Shown piece by piece: positions 53,073-64,000 of a stretch of DNA of 64,000 bases; the stretch's first letter is position 1; each line of letters starts with the position of its first letter. Below the pieces are notes generated by a model. That model made no database searches. It saw nothing but the letters and a program-made list of their open reading frames with translations, and was not told where the DNA came from. Made by a program: the position numbers and the translations under genes. This DNA is from Basidiobolus meristosporus CBS 931.73 (taxonomy: Eukaryota; Fungi; Basidiobolomycota), in assembly GCA_002104905.1 (NCBI GenBank), contig MCFE01000013.1:1-64000 (forward strand), in the 5' to 3' direction.

Positions 53073-56000
53073 TTACGACCAATAACCTTGGCTTCTACCC
53101 TGTTGAAGATGATGGTACCCTCCGCTCTGCTGCTGCTGTTGTTGCTGCTGCTGCTGCTGCTGGTGGTTTTGTTGCTGCATGTGATATGTTTGATACTGTT
53201 GCTGCGACTGTTGAGGATATTGTTGTTGATAACCACCATACATCTGTTGTTGATAGCCGCCGTATTGGCCACCTTGCATACTTTGACCATACATGCTGCT
53301 GGGATCGGCATAGCTCTTGTAAGGTGAGTTCATTTCATGAGTATTTTGTCCAGATGTATTTTTCGCCGATTCAGTTGAGCCGACTTGTTGCTGATTACCG
53401 GAGGAGCCCAAAAATCCTTGGAGAGGAAGATCAGATTTGTAACCCTTTTGGTAATCGGAAACACCACCGCCCATACCACTGTTAGCGCCACCACCCAGTG
53501 ACATATCGTCGTATCTACTGACCCCAGGGGGACCTTGAGTGTAGGATCCCTGTTGGCCAAGTGTGTTGGAAGGATACCCAGATGTAGCATATGGTGAACC
53601 TGCCCCGCTAGACCCCGGCTTGTTGGATTGTTGGTTTCCATAGAATGGATAAACATTCTTGTTCATAAATGGCTGTCCGTAACCAGATTGTTGATACGCT
53701 GGAGAGTGGAACTGGTTGGGGACATAGTAATAAGGATAGTAAGGAATACCGGTTAGCTCGGGATACGAGGGTTGTTGGAGTTGTTGAGATTGAGGCTGTG
53801 GTGAAGCCTGTGAGGTAAGAGATGTATTTTGGGCTGATTGAGTTGATGAGGGAATCGCAGAAGGATCTTGGTTGGGTAGTCTTCCATCACGTTGATAGCT
53901 TGATGGAATTTGTCCGTAAGAAGGATCAGCATAATATCCCTAAATAATAAATCATTAATGGCTGGAAGAGAGGTTCAGTTTTCGAGCAACACGTACCATG
54001 AGAGCTCTTTGAGCATCATTGCCATAGAGAGCAGCCCCGTAATCACCCATAGGGCCCATACCAAAGTTGGAGAATTGGCTTTGTGGCTGACCGGCCATAT
54101 AAGTTCCGTAAGGAGAGGAGTTCAGCAAATCAGGGTTACCAAGATGAGGCTGCTGGCCAAGATAAGGTGAGTTATGTTGGCCGTTCTGTCTGCCAAAAGC
54201 GTTCATGTTGGGCAAACCAGAGGGTTGGTTTGGATACATGGGTTGGTTTGGTACGTTGTTGCTAGTCATCTCTACTTTTTGATTCTGGGCCTGAGTTGCT
54301 TGTGGTACGCCAGTGGCATTAGCTCCGCCATTAACGTTATCAGCAGCCAACGAAACTGGCTCAGCTGGCTTTTGTTTAGCAGGCTCCTCTGCTTCTACTG
54401 GAGCAACAGGAACTGAAGCCTCCAATGGTACTGGAGCAGCATCCATCAAGGTGGAGGTAATAGAATGCTTGACTGGTTGCATCTCAGGTAGAGAGACTTC
54501 AGGTTGAACTTCTTGAGTCTCCACGATAGGCTTCTCCTCTGAAGCATCAGCCTCGGCTTCCTTGCTGTTTAGAGTATATATGAGCATACACTTCTTCCCA
54601 TTATTCACCTAAAAACAAAAATTGAACTTACTTGTCTTCCTGAGATTCCTCCTCAGAGACCTGGGCAGCAGTGGATTTCTGATCAGGAAGGGAAGAAAGC
54701 GACAAACTGCCAAATTGTACACCAATTCTTTCCAAACCAGCGCTACCACCAGGCATAACTACGGGAGAATCCTGCTTGAACTTGCGAGCATTCGCTACTC
54801 GAGCCTTGGAACCAGGGGATGATGCTTGAGCCTTGACAGGTTCGGCGTTAAGGTTGTTATTAGCATCACTCTCAACAACTTCATTCTCCTCAGCATCTGG
54901 AGCTGAGGCTGGCTCGGATTTCTCCTCCACCTCTTCCACCTTCTCTTCGACAATCTCGACGGGCTCCTCTGGTACAGCGGAGGCTTCTTCAGATATAGAT
55001 ACAGCTTCAGGTTTGGGCTCTTCCTGGGTCTCAATTTGAACATTTTCTGTTGACTTCGATTCGGATTCTGGCTCAACAGAATCTGCGGCTTGTGTGATTT
55101 CAGATGAACTATTTTCAGGAGATGTGATATGTGGCTCGGTTTCTTGTGGTTTTACAGGTGTGGAGTCGGCTTTGGTGGAGGAGGCGGGTTGTGTGGAATT
55201 TACTACTGGTCTACTATAACGATGGTAAACGGTGTGAACACTTGCTTGAAGAATCATTTCATTGGCTGGCACACTTACTTTACGATCTGCGCCCAAGATA
55301 TTTTAGGCTGTGTGACAGGTTTCGATGACGTCGTTAAAGATGGGAATTCATTCTGAGGATTTGAGGTAGGCGCTGTGTCGTTTTGACTACGTCCTTGTGG
55401 TTCGGATTTGGACTTGGATGGACCCCAAGATGGTGGTGAGAAAGCTGCTGCTGGTGTTGGGCCCCAAGAAGCTACATCAGGAACACCTTGCTTTTCGCTC
55501 TTCGTAGCGATATGTGAAAAATCAGAATCTTGAGGTAGCTTCTGAGCTTGACTAGCGAGCTGTGCGTATGTTCTAGCATTTCCTGAGAAGATAGTGATGA
55601 ATTCATTGGCCCGACGTGACGTTAGTGTACAATCAATAAATTACCTTGAGAGTCTAACATGACTGGCTTTGCGGGAGTGGGAGCCGGGGCTGGAACTTTG
55701 GGTTTCTCAACCGGTTTAGGAATGCGTGCTGCTTTCGGTTTGATTTGTGCTTCGGGATTCCAGGAAAATTTTTGCATATCAGTAAAGTGAAAGGAAATAG
55801 AGAATGATAGACGGGTCCAGTGCCAAAAAGACACATGGAACTCGGCTGAACCACATACAAGGTTTAGGGCGCTCGCTTGCTCCGGTGCTCTTGACGGAAA
55901 ACTGATATTTATCTACTGGTGGTTGAGCGTTTGCAGATCTTTCGTTATGTGGCTTTTTGGACTTTTTTCCTTTGACCTCACCCCACTGACTAGTATGACC

Positions 56001-56288
56001 TGAGAGTTCCGAAAAATGGGGAGAAAATCGACCAGATTAGTACGTCAGAGGACAATAAAGGCTTGCTACAAACTGATTTCTCTTACCCTCACTGATTCTG
56101 TCGATTGCGAGTTCTAAATCTCCGCCGGCTTCTTGTACGGCAAAAAGTAAATCTTCATCTGACCAGTCAGCAAACAGCTCTTTTAAAGTGGATAGCTGGG
56201 TAGAATGTAGCTTGCGAAGATTTTTGACTTCATCTGGTTCATCTTTATTGGATTTAGAACGAATAGAAGGGTTCACGCGTGAACTCAT
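53073..56288 (-). CDS. DEF1: Def1-like CUE-domain protein (RNA Pol II degradation factor / UBAP2-like), multi-exon, Q-rich C-terminus
   Basis: LSTLKELFADWSDEDLLFAVQEAGGDLELAIDRISEG, ARKFKQDSPVVMPG..GVQFGSL, poly-Q and QGYWS end. Confidence 0.85.
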
Positions 56289-57542
56289 TGTGTGTGGTTG
56301 ATCGCGTATGGATATTTGAAGAGAAGAGTGTGAAAGAGATAGGGTTTTAGCAAAGGAAGCCTGGATTAAATCAATGCTAGAAAGACCTTTTTCAATTGAC
56401 TCGGCTTACGAAACATCCAAAAGACACGTGCCCAATCCGATTATGATTTTACTTGAATAGTGTAGTAAATTTTCACCTTCATCCTAATAGATTTGTTTTG
56501 CTTTTTGTGAGTGTTTTTGTCAGACATATCAATTAATGTTTCCATTTCACACTGTGGCTAAGGAGGGAATGGACCATGAATTCATGTAAGCAATGTTGAA
56601 CTTTGCGTGAGTCTTGGATAAACAGTGCGGTACCAATGGTGCTCATAACTGGTACCTATCTTGGCCCCACAATTATTTGCCACTTTGATCGGCATGTAAA
56701 CTTTAAACGTTCCCCTGCTCACCAGGGAATATTTTAGGCAGTTGCTACCACTTCAAGCACAAATGATTTTATACGCTGCTTCTGGCCATCAGTTCACATC
56801 ACCACTACACAGGACAGAGATATCGAGGAAAATAGGATAATCATGCTTGTAATGGCATAAATCAACAATAAGAATGAATAAACCAGAACACTCTGATCCG
56901 CTTCACAAGTTTCCGAATACATATATATTGCCGTGTCATATCAAATCGATCTGGAAACACCTCAACAGCCCATTCCTATATAATCAAGTCCAATAGGGTC
57001 TCCAAAAGGAAGACAATGAATGTCGAGAATTCGCTCAGGTATAAATATGGTTACACGCCGTAGCTAATGTGTTGGTAAATTCTATACCCGTTATGAGGAG
57101 ACATCCCTTTGGAAATAGATTACTATTCCACTATGCTCCCACTGCCGGATTGGGTGGTTGTTAATTAATTGGGTCTTCTGGGTGTATACGTGTGATCGAA
57201 TGAACCAAACATTGAGGTCGTTCCAAAATAGGCCTCCACAGTTTGATTGGCCAATATTCGAGGGCATAGTATGAATGGTTTGATGTATGTGTAGCTCGAT
57301 TCATTCCACTGCACGTTTAACTGGTTGATCTACTCGTCATCGTTAGCACCAGAGTCATACAATATTTTTCTGGTCTCTTCTACTGATCAATTCTCGCTAA
57401 GCATGCTTAACTCAAATGTCCATTAGTTCTCGGTTAGACTAGGCATAATCAAGTCGAATTATCATCTAATTTGTAAACCAGGTGGTAAAAATTCTTACCT
57501 TTTCCAATTCAATAAGCCTGCTTGGTAACCTTCTCCACAAAC

Positions 57543-57803
57543 ATGACCGAAAAGCATCCAGTCGATCACATTGCAACACAAATAGGAACTGAAGATGGCA
57601 GAGCCGCCAAGATGGAGGCTTTACGTAAATTGCATCCAGACTATAAGCCACAGCCTCACCGCTGCAATGATCATCTCGAGGACATGCTGACTGCAGCTAG
57701 TAATTTCTCTTTCAACGAAGTATCCTCCACTTTTGGAATCTGGTGGAGTTGCATGAGGTCAAAGGAAGGCGAGGAGCCTGCCCGGTACACTTTCAAAGAG
57801 TAG
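57543..57803 (+). CDS. Small hypothetical protein (86 aa)
   Basis: ATG in ACATGA context, open frame MTEKHPVDH..FGIWWSCMRSK..YTFKE*, AATAAA about 50 nt after the stop. Confidence 0.5.
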   Translation: MTEKHPVDHIATQIGTEDGRAAKMEALRKLHPDYKPQPHRCNDHLEDMLTAASNFSFNEVSSTFGIWWSCMRSKEGEEPARYTFKE

Positions 57804-58016
57804 AATCTGTCTCATTGATGCACTTCTTAAGCATATTTTTCACTCACCGTTAATAAAGCATCCGCATATCCGCATATCGTGTATCTATCGATTTATTTCT
57901 TAATATTCAGGGATGCGTAAAAATTACAAGGAAATGGGATGTTTAGTGGTGTCTCCAACTCAAACAATATACAAATTAATGAACGACATTTCAGAAAGGC
58001 TATTTGACGTAGTGAT

Positions 58017-59609
58017 CTAACTTCTGATAATACTCTTCGCATTTACCGATCCATTAATATCATGATGCAGGTCTTCAATGCCACTATCTAGGGGCCCTCG
58101 CATTGCATCGAGAAGTACATCGTGAACTCTCAGGCAGTGATGACGTCTTCTGACAAACATTACTGGCCTAGTTGCAAGCGGGCGCGGGTGACTGTAATTA
58201 ATGGCGTCTAGAACAGTGCTGACTTCTTCGTCGGAGTCCAATACTCGGTCTTCCACCGGGCCCGCACCGTCACCAGTGCCGGAGCCCGCGATGCCATTTT
58301 TCGTTTCTGGATTCGCACCGACAGTATCTAAATAGGCTAGTTGATAACCAGAAAAGTATGGTAAATGCTAGTGAAGTACGTACTTTTCAATGGCTTGTTA
58401 AGAAGGTTTTTCGCTTGATAGGCCTGAAGTAGGATATCGTATGGCTGTGTGCGCCCGACGACTGCTCTCTTGGAGGCCATAGAGTGGTTCTTGCAAGTGA
58501 GTGATCTCGTACAAGGGGTGTTATTAGGGCCAGCAATAACACCACATTGGCGATCCAAATCCAATGGTCCTTGGTGATGTGAAGGGATCATTCAATATTG
58601 CTACGAATAAACTCATCACCAGTGAGGGTTATAAAAATACCTTTGACTCTTTTGATGGTGGCTTTCTTGGACTTCCCCTTTACCTTTTTCGATGTTGATT
58701 TGTCTTTCGTCGGATCAGTGGGAAGCCTTTTGCCAGACATCATGGTTTCGGTGTCATCTTTGGCAATATATGATGGTGTGAGTTGATATGAACAGGCAGC
58801 TAGAATGTACAATGATGATGCTGACCATCATTATTGCCCTTTCTCTTCTTCTCAGTCGATTTCTTGGTTTTCTTGGTAAGTTTCGCCAAGGCTGCCTTTC
58901 CACCTAATGGCTTGGTACATTTTTCTGTAATGTCAAATGGAATTAGCACACTGGTAAAGCTATTAAGAGTACCACTAGGATGTTACCGCTATGCTGTAAG
59001 AAATTACAAGGCAATATCGGCTTTGCACAGTTATTACATGTTACTATGGCTAAATCATTGGGAAGCCCTATGCCACCGACACTAGACATATGTACAAAGA
59101 AGTCAAGGAAAAATGAAAAATTGCCATTGTGAAAAGCGCAAGTGTATTAGCATCAAGGATATATTCGTATTGAATTTTTGTGGTGACTGGCATATCTGAG
59201 GCATCGAAAGACTCAGAGACAGCCTTTTCTTCAAGATCGACTAAATACACGTGTGTTAGTAGGTACCTCTATATTGTACAACGAAACATCACTCACTCTC
59301 GAATCGATTCAGAGTATCACTGAAACTTTCCCAAGTACCCTCTGACAGCGGAGTGTGTTCTACAACCTCTACTGAAGGAAGGCGATTCCAATCTGCTTCT
59401 TTCTTGAAAACCGTCAGCGTTGTAGGGCTCACAAACGATAGCCACGAGTTGAATGCTATTTTTGATTTGAGATAGTCATTGGAAACCTTCTCAATGTCTG
59501 GGGGAACCTTGTTTAGTTGAACTGGCTTGAAATTTTGAACTGCAACACACACCTTTTTCCAGATCTCTGACTTGGTTGAGTTTTTTGATAAGGACTTCTT
59601 TTTGCTCAT
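58017..59609 (-). CDS. SGF73: SAGA deubiquitinase-module subunit Sgf73/Ataxin-7, multi-exon, including one AT-AC intron
   Basis: N-terminal Zn finger [20 protein letters not shown]|EKC, SCA7 domain [39 protein letters not shown]-terminal DSDEEV..PRPL. Confidence 0.92.
59092..59162 (-). other. U12-type (minor spliceosome) AT-AC intron, 71 nt
   Basis: 5' site ATATCCTTG, branch site TTTTCCTTGAC (A at 59103), 3' end TTTGTAC. Removal joins GAA T|AT ATG (EYMSSVGG..) in frame into the Sgf73 Zn finger. Confidence 0.9.
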
Positions 59610-59986
59610 CTGAGAGAAGGTCCCAACCAGCTAGTAAAAAGACAAGAATATAAGTAGGAGTAGCGCTTGCAGCACTAGTGATGTAAAGAGTACAGTACGT
59701 GGTTTGCTTGAAGACATGACAAATTACCAACTGAGTTCCCCTGGTGAGTTACAACTGGATGCCTACCACAATGAACCACAATTTACACCAAAATGATTCG
59801 GCTTAAATCCAAGTCTTAAACCTCATATTCAATAGACATTGCTCAGTGATTCCAGCTGCTTGATTAATGTATGTGATTGTTTTGACATATCATCCAACTT
59901 GATCTGATCGTTGTGAGTATTTGGATATTTTCCATAAACCGAATCAATACAGGAATCCTGGTTTCCTCAAAGATTACAACTTGACC

Positions 59987-61031
59987 ATGACCCAAAGCTT
60001 CACAAATACACATCGATACTTCCTGCAAGGCTGTTTAGCTCAGAGATTTCTGAAGGAGACTGAAGCAATAAATTTACTCCGTCGTGCGTGTGAAATAAAT
60101 CAAGGTAAGTCCGTTATTATTTCAAGAATAGCTTTTGAAATGCTGACCCTCCTCACTTGCACTGTCAGAACCCTTTGACGAGAGTCTATTTGGCGAATTC
60201 ATTAACACGATAAATGAAGGCATAAATTCCCTGGATCTGGAGTTTCGAAAATCTCACGACGAGGAAACTGGCGAATCTGTGTTAGCATTGGTACTGAACG
60301 TCATTTTATCGTTATAACCGTACAGGGTTCTTGTTTTCTTATTGGGTCAACAGGTAAATACAAACGGAGACGAGATTGCTCAACTAGCCACCGACTATAC
60401 GCCAGCGGAGTTGGTTTATTTGCGTCGCATTGTAAGCCTCACGACCACACTTCGTTGTTCAGTATATGTGTTTACGAATACTTAATTCAACCCAGATAGA
60501 ATTGATAGTGACTGCAGACGACGAGTCATATTCGGTCTCTTCCTTGTTAGCATTGAGTGAGGCTGGCAAACTCAAATCTGCCTTCACAAAAAATGCTGCA
60601 GAGCAATTGCTAGACAGATTTGTTGAGGACAAGTGGTTCTCCAAAACTAGGTAGATTGGGTGCTTTGAGGATCGTAGCTCTCACTATGCTAAAAAATTAT
60701 ATGCAGCAATGGCCGGTATTATCTTACACAACGGTCAATTCTGGAACTTCAAACCTATCTCAAAGAAGAGTTCGAGGAGTATATCTTGGAGTGCACATTG
60801 TGCATGGATATTGTTACTCGGGTAAGTATGGTCGTTCTCTCGAGCTCTGATGGCCTATCTAACCCCGCACTTGACCATCCCCAGGGTGAGCGCTGTCAGG
60901 TTGGCAGCTGTAGCGGAAGACTACACCTCCACTGTGCCGAAAGATACTTTTCCGCGAGGCCTGATCGCAAGGTGTGCCCACTCTGCTCCACCGCATGGAC
61001 CTCATCGCAGAAAATTGGGCCTACTAACTAG
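59987..61031 (+). CDS. NSE1: Smc5/6 subunit Nse1, 6 exons
   Basis: HRYFLQ..; LDLEFRKSHDEETG..AL|VNTNGDEIAQLATDYTPAEL; AEQLLDRFVEDKWF; RING-like CTLCMDIVTR|GERC..LHLHC..CPLC. Confidence 0.95.
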
Positions 61032-61502
61032 CTCAGTTGTTTCGCAACAATCATATTTTCGCTGGACAAATACTTGCACTGAGAACATGCTAGTGTTTTC
61101 CATCTATGGAGATCACTGAACATAATTAGATGTAAATAAAAGACGGGAGGATTATATCGTATATTTATTAATTCATAACATTATTTCAAATAACTCGTGA
61201 GAATAAGAGTAGAGGTGCGTACTTGGGGACATCGTTGAGAAGGTAGCGTGGATAAGTCATCAGGGGTTGAATTCAAGAACTATATTTTGTAAAAGCAATA
61301 AATTATCTCATAAAACCGTACAAGATGCCAACTAGAAAAAATGGTAAGGAAAACTCAGCAAGTCACAAAAACACAAGCCAGGAATCTGGAAAGTAATAGA
61401 TGGTATGTATATGAAACAAGGTGGGAGCTAATAGGGGCGTATGAATGTTAAGTGAAGTAGACCTGTGTTAAAGGTGGAATGGTAATGAGCCAACTGAAGT
61501 GT

Positions 61503-64000
<2,498 letters not shown>

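Overview
Gene-dense, intron-rich eukaryotic DNA from a fungus. It has short GT-AG introns with CTAAC/CTGAC-like branch points. I infer an early-diverging, non-Dikarya lineage (Zoopagomycota/Mucoromycota, e.g. Basidiobolus-like) from an AT-AC minor-class intron, a CASTOR-type ACT protein and an F-box/LRR gene. About 25 protein-coding genes were reconstructed by hand across introns: an SDR (partial), LRO1, a CASTOR-like ACT protein, MED4, F-box/LRR, HEL2, a group I truncated haemoglobin, NDUFA5, a Mic12-like protein, an orphan, CAF40/RCD1, YAK1, MMS22/Mus7, UPF2, LYRM5/ETFRF1, a CBM2-like membrane protein, RSC9, VAC7, an atypical Sec7 protein, MET17, DEF1, a small orphan ORF, SGF73, NSE1 and RSP5 (partial). 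No rRNA, tRNA, CRISPR array or transposon was recognised. The most notable items: (1) a clean U12-type AT-AC intron in SGF73; (2) an intronless truncated haemoglobin with Cys-Pro motifs in an N-terminal extension; (3) a CASTOR homologue whose arginine-binding Asp is replaced by Val; (4) a Sec7 domain with Asp at the glutamic finger, apparently inserted in a split PH domain; (5) an intronless CBM2-like type I membrane protein. All family assignments come from motif recognition, with no database search. Multi-exon spans are manual and their boundaries are approximate.
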